A stretch of 64,000 nucleotides of DNA from Eledone cirrhosa (lineage: Eukaryota). Location of the stretch: contig OZ024741.1 of assembly GCA_964016885.1 (NCBI GenBank), forward strand, positions 393,204,001 to 393,268,000, read 5' to 3'. Position 1 is the first letter of the stretch, and each line of letters starts with the position of its first letter. The notes under the pieces were generated by a model. That model ran no database searches, had not been told where the DNA came from, and saw only the letters and a program-made list of their open reading frames with translations. Both the position numbers and the translations under genes were made by a program. Shown here in pieces: positions 12,961-26,378 of this stretch.

Positions 12961-14299
12961 CACAAAACTAATGGGTACTATAATGTTTCCATTCTCCGTT
13001 CATTTAAGAGAATGCAATGGAAAAAAGAAAGCAATGACAGAAGAATTAAGGTGAGTGGATAAAAAGTATGAGAGTATGATGGGAGAAACAGTGCTTGGAG
13101 AGAGTGCTACAGTGGGGAAGTAATGGGAGATGAACATTTTTTTTTTAATGAACCAAAGATCTTAGAAAAATATCTTATAAGTGAATCAGATTAGTATTAA
13201 TAATAGAACTAAACACATACACACTAAAAAGAAACAAAACAAAAAGTACAATAATTAATATTAACACAGTAGCTACCTTACATCAAAAAATGGAGAGGGG
13301 CCCATAATGGCAGATTTTACAAATTAGGGAACACATTGAAACCAAGAAACTATTGTTTACAAACACAGAAGTTATGAGATACAATATGGGTGGATATAAA
13401 CAGACATCTAAAGACAGTACAGCAGATGAAAAAATAAGATAAAAGATAGCATGGAATAAAATTTCGAAAATATGATTAAAGAGAAGTGGCAGTGGAAACT
13501 GATATATGGTCACTATCTGGCAAGATATTTTCTTTTTACTGTTTAGTCATAGAGAGAAGGGTAGCACCCATAACCCTTTTCAGAGCCTTTGGGGCAGTTG
13601 AAGGTGAGCAAGTATGATAAGGGAAAGACAATACTTGGAGTGAGAGGGTTATAGAGAAGGAATAATAGAACAGAAACAGTAATAAGAAGGAGAGTAATGG
13701 AAGAAAATAATGGGAGTACAATAGGAGAAAGTGAATGTAGAAGGGTTGATAGAAGAGAGATAGTAATGATAGATTTTTCTGGTCTGTGTAAAAGGGAGAG
13801 TGGAAGAGAGTGAATGATAGTAATAGATATGGGTGATGGTGGGATAGAATGATGGAAGTCAATAAGAAGTAGCTTTGAGGAAAGGGTACATAGATAGGGG
13901 TGATGATAAGACGATGAGTAGAAATAAATAGATAGGATTAGTGGCAGGGAGATGGACTACACAGATTGTCATCTCTCATTACACAGATGGCATGGCGCAA
14001 TGAATAGGAGAGTGGGTGGGTGTGTATCAGAGATGAGGGGGTTGGACAGATCCACTGCCACACTTGGTTACATGGTACAGTGAATAGGAGAGGATGAGTA
14101 GAGAGAAAGTAATTGGATATCAAAGAGGTGGCGAGGACAACAAATGGAGACTTAATGAGTGTGAGTATCTTTTGACATGTATAACAGCAAAGAAATTGAA
14201 TTTTTCTATTTGGATTATATGTTTGCAATAAAATAAAAAAAAAAGTAAGAGAAAAAAGTTAAATAGCCAAATTAAGGGAAAGGGGGAAGAGAGTGGCAG

Positions 14300-15640
14300 G
14301 CTAAGTCGAGATAGTGTATCTCAGCTATGTCCCATGGTCTAAATGGAAGGCATTGCCAGATAATAGTCAGAAACACCCACTTCACCTCATAGGGTTCCTT
14401 CCTCAGGTGGGATGCACTCTTCCCAATTTCTTTAAGGAAAACCACAGTTCAGGGACTGAGGACACCAGAGGTTCCAATGGCAAATGGCATGAAAAGGAAG
14501 CAGATGATCAAGTCCTGGTATTTGGCTATCATCTTCCCATCTGTGTAACAGGTGACAGTGCCTGGGTTTGAGGCTAGGCAGATAACATGTTGTGGTATGT
14601 GACATCCCAGATTAGAGATTTACTTCCCTTGAACAGGAAGTGGGGTTATCCCACATGGGTGCTTACTATCACTACTGTCAAGGCTGACGGGCTCCAATTG
14701 TGATGGGAAACAGACCGTGTCAAGGCACCACTTGACTATGTTGTTCAAGGTAGTGTGCTGAGAAGACCAACCTCCACTATGGCAACAAGAGAGTGGCATT
14801 TGTATGGCTTACAGAAGCAGAGGGTAAGGTGCTGGGCCACTCCAATGCAGGTTCATTGATCATAAAAAAGGGTACCATTTGATGAAAAGGGCATTGGATT
14901 GAACCACGTTTTACAGTTTGGTTGGAAGGCAGAAGAGAAGTAGATAAGATGGTATCGGACCAGGGAAGTCTTGATCAACATGAAGGTTGACCTGCACTTG
15001 ATATTGTCCCAGTTGTTTTGATCTCTCACAGAAAAACTTGATGATGTGGGTGTGGCTGGAGATGGCTAGAAGTGTAAGGTCAGATGTTGCGCGCAGAGAC
15101 CAAAGCCAATGAACTACACGAGGAGTTTCCCCTGTTACCAGCTGGTATCACCAAAACTAACATTATAGATGAAGTCAGTACAGTAACAGCTAGTAGTGTC
15201 AAGTTTGTTGAGACAATCTGCATGAAGGCGACAATATGCACTATGTAGCATAAAGAGACATTTTAGGAGGGCAAAACAGTTCCTTCAGGAGGAAGAGTTT
15301 GGAATAAGCATCAATGAATCCTAATTTGTTATCCTCACCTAGTCAGCTTGTTTGGTCTCCAAGCACTCACAAGAGAACTGGATAGCCAAAAATGTAGACA
15401 ACATCCCTCAGAGTGGGATGTGTCACAGACAAGACGGACTGAATGCTTTCAAGCCTGCTTATTTTTACCACCTCAGACATGGGCAAGTTAATCTTGAGTC
15501 TAAGAAGTGATAGGGCTGGAATGATTTTCTGAAGGTCATTAACAACAAACTCAACAGAACCATCCAGTGTTGCATCATCCAGATAAGACATTAAAAGGCA
15601 AGCAGGCTGAGTTGATAATATCATTGACAGCCAATGCAAC
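14300..15640 (-). mobile_element. Degenerate CRE-clade non-LTR retrotransposon
   Basis: YLDDATLDGSVEFVVNDLQKI..LKIN is a CRE-type RT motif. An EPVSLD..GITP..SLIWDVT restriction-like endonuclease segment lies near 14590-14695. Confidence 0.7.
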
Positions 15641-15689
15641 AGTCTCACATATACATTTAATCCCTGCTCTGGTGGCTTCTGTCAAAAGC

Positions 15690-16490
15690 CTTACCCAGAT
15701 CCAAAATGCCAGGTAGGATGGCTTAGTCATAGTATTTCTCCAATTGTCTCACCATAGAGAGCACATCAGTACTTCCATGCCTTTTTTTCTGGCATCAAAG
15801 CAAGTATTCCACTACTTTTCAGACAAATTTTTCTTCAAAACGTCTCAGCTTTCTCTAACACACTGTCTTACAATCCAGAATACTACACACCTCTGATCTT
15901 CCTATTGTAGAATATGTGCAAACTTCTTTTCTGCTTCTTGCCATGCTGAGTATACCTGGCGCCTAGCCTCACTTCTAGCTATTAAGTAGTGCTCTTTGTG
16001 TCCATCTTTTTTTCTAGTCTTTGCCTGTTTGTCATTTTGCTTTTATGGCTCTATCTACCATATCATTCTACCACAATGTCACTCTCTGTTTTGCTGGAAC
16101 ACTGGACCAACTGCAGAACTGGTTTGTGTCTTTCAGCAGGTTGCCAATTTTCCTCTGTGCTTACTGTCAGGCATCAAGTAAGATTTCCCTGAATTTGTTA
16201 CTTGCTGAGGATTCCCTGTTTCCATGTCTTCCTTCTCCAGGATGATTTATTTTCCTAAGTACATCTAGCCCCCATTATAAGGAAACTGATGGTTAATTTG
16301 TGTTGGGAGGTACATTCTTCATCAGGAAAAGACTTGGCATTTATGACCATTCGTCTGTTCTTGGTAAGGATGTAGTCTATTTGACTTGTGAGACATTCTG
16401 ATTGGTAAGTGATCAGGTGGCTGGCTAACTGACTGCTTTTCTGAAGTTTTTGTTGGAGATGGTTAGGTCAAACTCATAGCAGAACTAAAT
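15690..16490 (-). mobile_element. Decayed RTE endonuclease-linker fragment
   Basis: HLITYQS..SQIDYILT..NAKSFPDEECTSQH matches the young RTE ORF at 26776-29226. Confidence 0.7.
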
Positions 16491-16954
16491 TAATTGAATA
16501 TCATAGGAAATGTGTTTCATCAGAAATATGGTATGGTACAAATATATGAGAAATATTGAAAATAAGAACAGAGTAACACAAAATAAGACAATAAGAGCCA
16601 CCCTACAATGAAATATACAGTCTGACATTGAAGATAGATTTTAAATATTTATTTAATAAAAAGATAAGAATTAAATAAGAATCATGATAATAATGATAGT
16701 ATCAAAAACATCTGTTCTGTCAGTAATGGAGTTACAAAGTATAAAGAGATAATTGTCAAATACTCGAGTAATATTTATATTTAAGTAGCAGAGTGTATTA
16801 TGAAAGTAACAATATATTTTGGCATGTATTACAAAATATTTGGCTAATACATATGTTCACTGAGGAGGGAAATACAGTAGAATTTTTTTATCATAACTTG
16901 TTCAATGCAAGGCATCAAAACAAACAATATTGTTTATTTTGTCCAGTGTTGCTG

Positions 16955-17330
16955 CTGGCCATGAAATAAACTTGCACAAATTTGAGAGAATTGGCAGAAG
17001 ACCACTCTTTAATTGGCAGCAGTTCCTGAATTTTATAAGTTCAACATAATCAATAGTCTATGTTACTGTCAGCTCTGAAAGATGTCAGTTGAAAGACAGG
17101 GATGTATTTTCTAATCTACTGAAGTGTCGTGCCTCTGAGGTAGATTCTTCAGAAATTCAAGAGAACCTTGTATTTGCCTCTTGAGCATCAGACCTGTTGT
17201 TCTAGATATCCACTTCTTGACACCACAATGTTGACAACATTTATTCATTTTTCCAATGATTTATAGATTGCTGCCCCTATCCTTTTGGGGGTCATGGAAG
17301 AAGCACTCATCAACCAATTTGTATTTTGTA
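16955..17330 (-). mobile_element. Helitron Rep/Hel N-terminal pseudogene fragment
   Basis: Minus frames give MNKCCQHCGVKKW..CSRGK, EARHF, IRKYIPVFQLTSF, TYKIQ, GLLP and KFVQVYFMA, matching the Helitron N-terminal C2-CC and IRxYNxxFxMTSF..F.Q.YF pattern. Confidence 0.72.
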
Positions 17331-18990
17331 TGGCTTGTGCTTCAGATTGGACTGTAAAACAGTGTGCTTAATCAACATATTACCTATTTTGCTGGTGTTT
17401 CTCAGTTTGTTGTTCTCGCGCAACAGCCATCCTGTATCTGTTTTGATCTAAAAAGTACTGTTTGTCCACTACTAATTCATGTGCTCATGTCAAAACATTT
17501 TGCAAGCTGTTAGTAGCTAAATGGGTCTGCCAAGCTTCTTCACTGTATTTAGATTGCTGGGCTTTCTTTCTCCTGGTCTCAGAAGAAGGCCTTCCATATA
17601 ATGATCTAAAATGTTTTGGAGGAGTGTAAGTGATATTGCACACCACACTTATTCCAACATTGAAGCTACTATAAAGTATATTGTAAGTTCACTCAGTAAC
17701 ATTGTTGCAACAAACTATTTATCAAAATACACATTATACATACACTTGCATTGTGTAAGTGTGTGTATGTGAAATATAGCAACATCAAAGAACACTGTTT
17801 CCCCCCTTTCATTTTAAAATCTCAATAAAATTTTGTCTTTCTTTCTCTCCCTCTCTCTTACTCTGTCTATTTCCTTTTTTCCAACATTTTCACTTTCATA
17901 TTCTTTCACCTTTCTCTTGCTATTTCTCTTTTTCTCACATTTTCTCTCATCTTCATTGTTCTTCTCTACAGAATGGAGAAAGAGAGACAATTCCAAAACA
18001 GAATGACCAAATTGTTTTTATATGACTACGAGAAAATAAATAGAATTGAATTTTATATAAATTATTGTTTTATACTTCAAAATAAATACTACCATTACTT
18101 GTCCAGTAGGGTAAGGAACAATAATATATATTTTTCTGAGGGTGATCATTCCCTAATTTTTTAGTACAATGTGGACACACAAAGAAAATTTTCCTTTATA
18201 TTATAGATTGGCCATAATATTTTTAGTACTGCATTTTGGCAGCAATTCTTATAATTACAATTCCTATTTCAAAGTTCACCATATTTAATGTTGCTTCGTA
18301 GTCACTATTCAGAGAATATGTCTTTGTATGTCTATATTAATCTCAAATACTGTGTGGAAGATCCATTTAATATGAACAAATTAGTGTCCACATATAAAAA
18401 TTAACTTGCCTGCATATCAGTTGTAGGTAATATGTAGCAGCAATTAAATAAGATTGCTAAATAGACAACCAGTGAAATAAACAGCAACAGAAAAATAGTA
18501 TTCTTTTTTCAGTCTCAAGTTACTATAAGAAAAAATGTGTTCCACTAGCATAACTTAGAGATGCTAGCAATAACATAAATGTGAGATGAAATAATCATTA
18601 ATGATTTGTCAAAAATGCAGTCAGGTAATGTTTTTGTTTCAATTGCTATTTTAATATTATGATTATCATCTGTATAAAAAATGCATTTAGATTAATGTTT
18701 TCATTAGTTGCCTACTATTTCTACACTTGCTTTCACTTTAATAACTCTTTTTTTCATATTTACATGGTTGTTACTAACTTATCTCCCCTTTCTTCAATTC
18801 TACAGTCATCAAAGAGGAAAAGAGTTCACCTTCAAGCAAAGCAATATGGTAACATCTTCCTCACTTCCTCAAGACAATAAAAGAAGAAATATGACAACAT
18901 ATATAAAACAGCAGTATTTAATCATTGCTGTTGTTGTAGATATAGTCCAATTGCATGTTTGTAAAAATGAAGGAAGAAAAATGTATTTAC

Positions 18991-19080
18991 CTCGATGTCA
19001 GTCCGTAGTTTGAGATAATCAAAGTCAGAGCCAGAATGGCGGTGAAATTCATCCTTTTTTACAGGTTTGAAATCCACAGT
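18991..19080 (-). CDS. Internal exon of unidentified host gene (TVDFKPVKKDEFHRHSGSDFDYLKLRTDIE)
   Basis: Acceptor ATATTTTCAG|, donor GAG|GTAAAT. 90 bp, phase 0-0, open frame, non-repetitive, and in phase with the upstream exon. Confidence 0.72.
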
Positions 19081-19557
19081 CTGAAAATATATGAATTTAA
19101 AAAATGATTATATATATAGTAAATAATGACAGCTTTATAAAATACCAATATATTGTTTTTCAAGTAATTCTTTTGTTTTCTAGAGTTTAGGAAATTACAG
19201 GAATAGACAAGATGAAGAAATTTAAAACATTTTATTTGTTTTAAACACGTTTCAAAAGGAGAAATAAGAAATGAAAAATGGCAAAAAATTTGCTCAAGTT
19301 CCATTATTAATAAATAGATAAATATATGAAATAGCTAGGAAATTACATGAATATATAAATAAACTAACTTGCTACAGTTAATGATGAAATATTCATGACA
19401 TTCAGTCAGTGAAACTGATTCTCAAACAATGAACAGATGCCAAAATGTTAAGTTTAATAGAGTAGTCTTCATAACACTAAATGTGTATATGATTTAGAAA
19501 TCAGTTTGATATAAATCAAGTTTAAAATCCCTTTATAATATGAAAATGCAAGCTGAC

Positions 19558-19626
19558 CTTGATTTCTTTCTTTGGGGATGTTGGTTTGACCATCTTTTCT
19601 GCTTGTCTTTTATCTGCTTCAATTTC
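19558..19626 (-). CDS. Internal exon of unidentified host gene (EIEADKRQAEKMVKPTSPKKEIK)
   Basis: Acceptor TTTTATTTTAG|, donor AAG|GTCAGC. 69 bp, phase 0-0. Splices in frame to 18991-19080 across a 477-bp intron. Confidence 0.7.
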
Positions 19627-19754
19627 CTAAAATAAAAATTCATTTGTTTTAAATCGTAGCTTCAAAACAAAGATAATAATAAGAGTACATTGTAGAAAAT
19701 TTTCAAAATGAACATTTAGATTGTAGGCATATTCTCCTTCCTCATCCTTATATA

Positions 19755-19970
19755 TTTGTTTCTAATTTTGGCACATGGCCAGTAATTCGAAGAGAAGAGG
19801 AAGTCGACTAAATCAACCCCAATGCATTACTGGTACTTTATTTCATTGACACTGTAAGGATGAAAGGCGAAGTTAACGTCAGCAGAATTTGAACTCAGAA
19901 CATAAAGGGTCATAACTACATGCCACAAAACATGTATGATGCTCTAAGGCCTCTGCCAATCTGCTACTCC
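19755..19970 (-). mobile_element. Older Nin/Deu-core SINE
   Basis: CATTACTGGTACTTTATTT..GTAAGGATGAAAGGCGAAGTTAAC..ATTTGAACTCAG. Confidence 0.85.
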
Positions 19971-20746
19971 TCTTTATATATTAAAACTAGCTTTGAAAGA
20001 AGCAAATATATCCAATTCAATTGACACTTCAAGGGTCACTTTAGATGCACTACACACTATGTCTTAAAAAGAAAACAGGATGGTCATGGCTGAATGATAG
20101 GTCCACTTCATCAGGGCTGACCCGGAGCCCATAAAAAAGAGTGTTATTTTATTTTTTAATGTTGATAAAAATGATACTAATAAGGACATTAAACCTACTG
20201 AAAACAATGGCAGTGATGAGTTCCGTAGGAAATTTCAGAAAATTATATTTATGTCCATATTTTACTGGTACTTCTTCAACCAAGGATGTTGGTTCATTAT
20301 CATCATCGTTTAACGTTCATCTTCCATGCTAGCATGGGTAGGACGGGTTGACCCTTAGGGAGAAAATCAGGTCAGAGGACCATGTTTTTCAATTTGATTG
20401 TAATTTATTACACAAGAATTGGAGAAAATGTCACATAACAACTATCAAAAGATGCAATGAAAAGTTGGCTGAAAAGTCATCATATTCAAAAATAGAACGA
20501 ATAAAACAAAACCAAAGACAAGGTTGTTCTATTCTCTTTTCATTTCTACTGTCCTATTTATTGAAGCCAAAATGAAATATTACAGATTAATAAAAAATTT
20601 GAATCACAAAACTGTGTTAAAGTGTTCATATTAATCTAAAAACCTTCCTTCATAATTTTATATAAAACCCTTTAAGTTATATTCCAAACACCAAATAAAT
20701 AAGAAAGTTAGTTATATTATTAAATTCCTCCCAATTCTTGATTATT

Positions 20747-21180
20747 CTTCTTTGCAGGTCCTGTGAGAAGCAACCGTCTCCAACTGATCTGTCTGGATCC
20801 ATAAGTGAGACCAGCTAAGCTCATGGATGTTATCCAACTATCTTGCTAAGAGTCTACCCCTGGGATTTCTGTCGGTTGGTTTTTGCCTGTAAAATATGTC
20901 CAGTAATTCTTTCCTGAGATATTCTAATTACATGCCCACAGCTGTAATCTCTCAATTCCGAGAAGTAGTGGCTCTACCTGGAGTGACTCACTGATCTCTG
21001 AGCTGCGTACTCTACCGAGTAACGTTACTCTAAAGACCTTTTGGAGGAACCCCATTTCGGCCAATTGTATTCGTGATCATATTCTTTTGGTCATTACTCA
21101 AGGTTCATTACTATAGGTAAGGGTTAGCATGAATACCGAATTGAAGATAGCAAGTTTGGCTTTTAAACCTACCTCCCTGC
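20747..21180 (-). mobile_element. 5'-truncated Expander-like RTE inserted in a piggyBac-like MITE
   Basis: Reverse complement of 11515-11940. 12-bp TSD TTCTTGATTATT at 20735-20746 and 21181-21192. Confidence 0.85.
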
Positions 21181-21719
21181 TTCTTGATTATTTTCAAAAT
21201 TATTTGAAAATCACAAGCAGAAGTATGATGATGAAAGGGTTAAAAGAAATCTGTAATCAGATCAGCTGCATCCTTTTGGTTTTAATACCTGTTTTATAAG
21301 TTAACGACATTAGATGTCTTCAACATGGCAGATCTTTATTTGATGCAATGCTTGAGAGAGCAATGTTCTCTGATCTGATCTCAGAATTTCTTACCATAGC
21401 TTATGCCAACTTAAAACATACTTTTACCAAACACATGCCAAACAAAAATGAGAAAAGTACAAATCAGATACATTATGCTTATATGTGAACATTTTTTTGG
21501 AGTGAGATACTAGAGTAAAAAGAATTCTTGAATGTGATATTTTACAAAGTTAATACAAAAGATATGACTGTTACAAGAATTGTATGAAAACAAATAATTC
21601 TTAGGATCATCAATATCCCAAAATATTTGTTACACTGATACACTGTTATACTTATTCTTTAGTTCTGCAGTAAATAGAGCACTATGCATCATAAAATTAG
21701 AAAATAAATATAAACACCT

Positions 21720-22140
21720 ATCACCATCATCATCATTCAATAACTGTTTTGCTTGCTAGCAAGGGTTGGGTGGAGCATCACAGACCATGTCAGTACAATC
21801 AGAGCTATTGATTTCTCAGATAGGCTGGAGGCCTGCTTCTCGTTTACAGAGTCCTCAGGACCATTTATTTTGTATGTTTTCTATAGATGGATGCCCTTCC
21901 TATTACCAACCACTTTATAAAGTGTACTGAGTCCATTTGTCATATAAATCTTTAACACTAGGGAGGTTGTTGTGTTCTTGTCACAAGTGAAGAATCCTCT
22001 TGACCCTGTTTTGGCATGGTTTCTACAGCTGGATGCCCTTCCTATCACCAACCACCTTATAGGGTGTACTGGGTGTATTTTTCATGGCACCAGTACTAGA
22101 GAGGTTGCCATGTTGTGACTGGTAGGTCCTCTCAACATTG
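21720..22140 (-). mobile_element. Old RTE-tail-type non-autonomous element(s)
   Basis: (CAT)n tail and two copies of TTTCTA.AG.TGGATGCCCTTCCTAT.ACCAACCAC. Confidence 0.65.
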
Positions 22141-22429
22141 ATGAAGTTGAAATTGAAACAGTTTCAATATGGATAATTTAAGTTGTGATTATGTTACAGC
22201 TACCTGGGTATCTCTGTGAGAATAGCAAGCACTATTGTTTCAGGATTGTTTATCCCTCTTCAGTTGTGTTAACTGAAATGAGTGAAACTAGTTGTCAAGT
22301 TAAGCCTGCCCTGGGAGAGGTGACCACCAATAAGACTGCCTGAGCCAGAAATTGTTTAATGTAGACAAAAGGAATATTAAATAGTATAACTATAAATGGG
22401 GGGATTAGGTCACAGTCATGTGAACTCTT

Positions 22430-22660
22430 AACCTCTTCTGAAAGATTTCACAAAAGTTGAAGCAATCCAACTGAACTGGTTGAAGAGTGTCAGATATTGA
22501 CATCTCTTTACTGCTCTATGCAATCCAAGATCTAATGGTGAAGCAAAGAATTTCATAGGAACACTGCAATTAAATATATGAAACCTACTGATTTCAAGGC
22601 TCTTAAAAAATGCATTGACAACTTTCTGCTTCAATACCAAAATGCTCCATATATGGTTAT
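22430..22660 (+). mobile_element. Gypsy integrase core fragment
   Basis: WLKSV..HLFTALCNPRSNGEA and IDNFLLQYQNAP correspond to the H..TAPYHPxSNG.AE and FLL.YRNAPH motifs. Confidence 0.65.
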
Positions 22661-22959
22661 GCTATTTATACACCTTTTGTCTACAGTAAATTTCTTCTGA
22701 CTCAGACAGTTTTATTAATGATCACTCCTCCCAAGACAGGCTCAATTTAACAGCTAGTTTTGTTCATTTCAACTGGTGACAAATGAGCAAGAATGCCTAG
22801 GGAAATTCAAAAGTTCAACCTTCTTCAATCCTTCTACCACTTCTGTCACTAGTTCCTTACTTCTACAACTATTTCTACAACCATTCAAATAGACCTAAAG
22901 ATCGAAAACTTGGAATACAGCTGAAGAAGTTCAGTCACAGAATTCAAGCAGGTGCTTCC

Positions 22960-23400
22960 TGCATGAAACCCTTGCAAGTAAAATCTCATAATTTTGCAGA
23001 ATTGTGATCAGTTCTTGGAGTTACACAGTACTACTTATGTTTCATTCCTAATTTTTCAAGCAAAGCAGAACCATTATTTCAACTGCAATCCATGACAAAA
23101 TTCCAATGGAGGAATGAACAAGAGAGAAGTCTATGAGATCTTTTGTTTTTAGCCTCCGATGCCATTGTTAAGCCGTTTTCCATGAAAACGAAGACAAATG
23201 TCATAATGGATGCATCTGAACATGGTATCAGTGCAGTCCTAAAACATGATGGGCATCCAGTAATGTGTATATCTCAGTGTCTACATCAACTGAAAAAGGG
23301 TACACTCAAATGATGCCCGAGACATTAGCTGTATACTGGGCTGTAACACAATTACAGTTTCGGGTTAATGTTCAGTTTACAATTATGGGTCTTACTTTTA
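22960..23400 (+). mobile_element. Gypsy RT-thumb/RNase H fragment
   Basis: VLGVTQYYLCFIPNFSSKAEPLFQL..FQWRNEQ, MDASEHGISAVL..GHPVMCIS and TEKGYTQ..ETLAVYWAV. Confidence 0.8.
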
Positions 23401-23489
23401 TTTTCAATCTTGATAAGTTGTTGGATTTGCGATGCTTGGGTTTAATGGAACTCATTTTGCTGCCTCGTGCATTTACTGACTGGTTGAAG

Positions 23490-24945
23490 AGTGCACTACA
23501 GGCTATAACAGAGGAGTTTAAGACCGGAAGCCCATGGGAACTCCTGTACGCAGATTATCTTACACACATAGCAGAATCTATGGTGGAACTAGAGAAAAAA
23601 TTCCAAACATGGAAACATGGACTAGAAACAAAGGGTCTTAAAGTCAACCTAACAAAGGTCCTTGTAAGTAGAAGAGAAAATAGAAGCCTGATCTCCTCAG
23701 GGAGGTGGCCTTGCTCAGTATGTAGGAAAGGTGTAGGTAGAATTCCACCCTCTGTCCCAAATGCAAATTATAGGTACACAAGAGATGTTGTGGGATCTCA
23801 GGAAGTTTAGTTAGGAATGTAGGCTTTACATGTAGCAGATGCACCGGGACAGTAAGCAGCAAAAGACCACAGGAAACAAGCGCTACCAAATTCTGGGAGG
23901 GCTCAGTAGAAACAGTAGACAGCTTCTGTTACCTAGATGACCAAATTAGCAGTAGCGGTGTGTGTTCTGAAAGTACAGTAGCCAGAGTAAGAACGGGATG
24001 GAAGAAGTTCAGGGAGCTACTACCACTGCTGGCTACAAAAGGCTTTTCCTTCAAAAGGCACACAATATAATGCGTGCATATGAACACCAATGTTGTATGG
24101 TAGTGAGAACTGGGTGCTGTCTGCTGAAGACTTGCATAGATTGGAAAGAAATGAAGCTTGCATGAACGGCAAAGCATAAACAAACTGAGAGAGAAACTAG
24201 GCACAAGAAGAATCAAATGCTGTGTGCAAAAGAGGAGACTGTGTTGGTATGCACATATGATGCGTATAAAGGATGACAGCAGCATAAAAAGGTGCAGAGT
24301 GCTCAAAGTTGATGGGAGCCCAGGAAGACTTAGGATGAGGTGATAAAAGCTGCCCTTGTCCAACTGCATCTCTCAAAGGTGATTATACAGGACCGAGATC
24401 TCTGGCATTGCGCAGTAATACAGAAGACCCAACTCCCACAAGCACAGGCCGAAACTGAAGCATATACAGTATGCACCACCCCATCCTCCCATACAACTCC
24501 CACGAGGGCTGTACAAAGTATGTATCTAGTGAAGCTCCCAGCCCACACTGTAAAGCAGTCATGATGGTGACATGGCAACAAGCACCCAGCCCACACTGTA
24601 AAGTGGTCGTGTAGGTGTCACGACAAAAAGCACCCAGCCCACACTGTAAAATGGCCGTGTCGGTGTCATGACAAAAAGCACCCAGCCCACACTGTAAAAT
24701 GGCCGTGTCGGTGTCACAAAAAGCACCCAGTCCACACTGTATAGTGGTTTTGTAGGCGTCACGAAAAAAGCAGCCAGAAACTCACTGTAAATGAGGTTTG
24801 TGTTATCAAGGGCTGTAGAAACCAAGCCAAAATCAGTTCTGTACATGCAAGACATGATCACCTGACCTAGCATTGCCCACAACAGGACAACCCATCTAAC
24901 CCATGCTAGCAAGGGAAAATAAACGTAAAACGGTGATGATGATAT
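23490..24945 (+). mobile_element. 5'-truncated PHD-bearing RTE (subfamily C-like, older) with tandem ~48-bp 3' UTR units
   Basis: [35 protein letters not shown] with frameshifts, 4-5 copies of AAAGCACCCAGCCCACACTGTAAA, and a (GAT)n tail. Confidence 0.92.
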
Positions 24946-25184
24946 TAATGCCTGCTTGTATGTTAGTCAGTCCGTCTGTATATGTTGACAACAAAGACCA
25001 ACATAGAAATGTTTATTTATTTTATGTTGCTGGCACCTGTGCATGTAAAATTTCATAGCTCTTGTTTTTTTTACCCCCCACTCTTTTGTTTTACCATTTC
25101 CTGAAGTATAAAGTGGTTGTCACATTGACAATCATGTTATATATTAGGAAACCGGATCAATAATGCCTCTGTATTTATTCCAAC

Positions 25185-25335
25185 TCACAGTGCTCAACGT
25201 TCAAATTCCACCAAGGTCAATTTTCCTCCCATACTTCTGGAGGTTGATAAAATATTGTACTAGTACTGGGACCAATTTAATAGACTTTCTCCTCCTCGAA
25301 ATTGCTGGCCTTGTGCCTAAATTAGAAATCATTAT
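25185..25335 (+). mobile_element. Decayed Nin/Deu-core SINE
   Basis: GTTCAAATTCCACCAAGGTCAA..GGTTGATAAAAT..TTGCTGGCCTTGTGCCTAAATTAGAAA. Confidence 0.75.
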
Positions 25336-25339
25336 AGAG

Positions 25340-25680
25340 ATATATCTATATAGTTGCACACGTTACCACAAACCATGCAGAGCGCAGTGAAAGATATGTG
25401 GGTATAGTGTATGACCAATTAAAAGATAATTCCATGCACGTCTCATCATTTAGACACCATGAGATGAAGACCACCAAGCCCCTTGCAAAACGAGACTGGC
25501 AATTAGAAGACAATTGCAATCCCATACAATAAAATGGAAAATTCTAGAGAATTTCAGACCATAGATTAACGAATTGAAGAGATGTTCCCTTCGTATCAGT
25601 GAGAAATACAGGATTCTACAGGGATGCAGTCAGCAAACAAACACCTGAACACAAAGAATAAAGTTTTTAAAGGCTTACAT
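25340..25680 (+). mobile_element. Penelope-like GIY-YIG C-terminal fragment
   Basis: HVSSFRH and IKWKILENFRP.INELKRCSLRISEKYRIL match the Penelope IKW.IL..RC.LC..EK..I motif. Confidence 0.65.
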
Positions 25681-26212
25681 CTCATGGTAAAACCACAGAC
25701 TGGATCACAAACAAAAGTGCTATATCCACCTTAATTTCTTATATCTAACATTGTGCAATGCATGTCACCTTTCTTTGACTCTTTCACACTTTACACTTAC
25801 AAACTTACAAACAATTGAACACAGAAACACTTTAACAATTCTGACACATCACAAGCTCCCCAAGAAGACATTTGTCATTTCCCTTTGACTATAGATTAAT
25901 ATATTCTTCAGGTTATATCCCCCTTTCACATAGGATCTCACCTCAAAATCTCATTCAAACAACTTGCTTTTATGCTTGATGATAATGTGCATTTTGCATT
26001 CCGCACCATCATGTACAGTCTGCAGATGTTTACTGCACATATGCCTTGAAACCTAAGGCAGAGTTATGAATGTTACACATACGAGCCACAATAAATTATA
26101 TATCACGTTGCTCCTTCTACCTGGATTTGCAGTCAATAGATAGTATTAGCAACTGGAGAGACCAATGGAAACATTGTTTCCTCAGTCCGATTTGACGACC
26201 AAATTTCAACCC

Positions 26213-26345
26213 AGCAACTACAACAACAACAACACCATTGTCTGCAGCAGCAGCAGCATCAAATTGAAATGAACATCAAGAGGAACAACAAACAACAACA
26301 ACAACAACAACACCAACAACAACAACATCAACTGCCACCATCACC
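26213..26345. repeat. (CAA)n/(CAG)n microsatellite
   Basis: Directly visible. Confidence 0.9.
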
Positions 26346-26378
26346 AGTGATTGGACCTTAAGAAAACTACAACTACAA

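Noticed and set aside
20095-20125. CTGATGA on the minus strand
   Set aside because: No helix II/GAAA or helix I partner, so it is not a hammerhead.
24540-24790. Regular ~48-bp repeats (also 35000-35195) resembling a CRISPR array
   Set aside because: Whole units repeat with no unique spacers, they are part of the RTE 3' UTR, and there are no cas genes.
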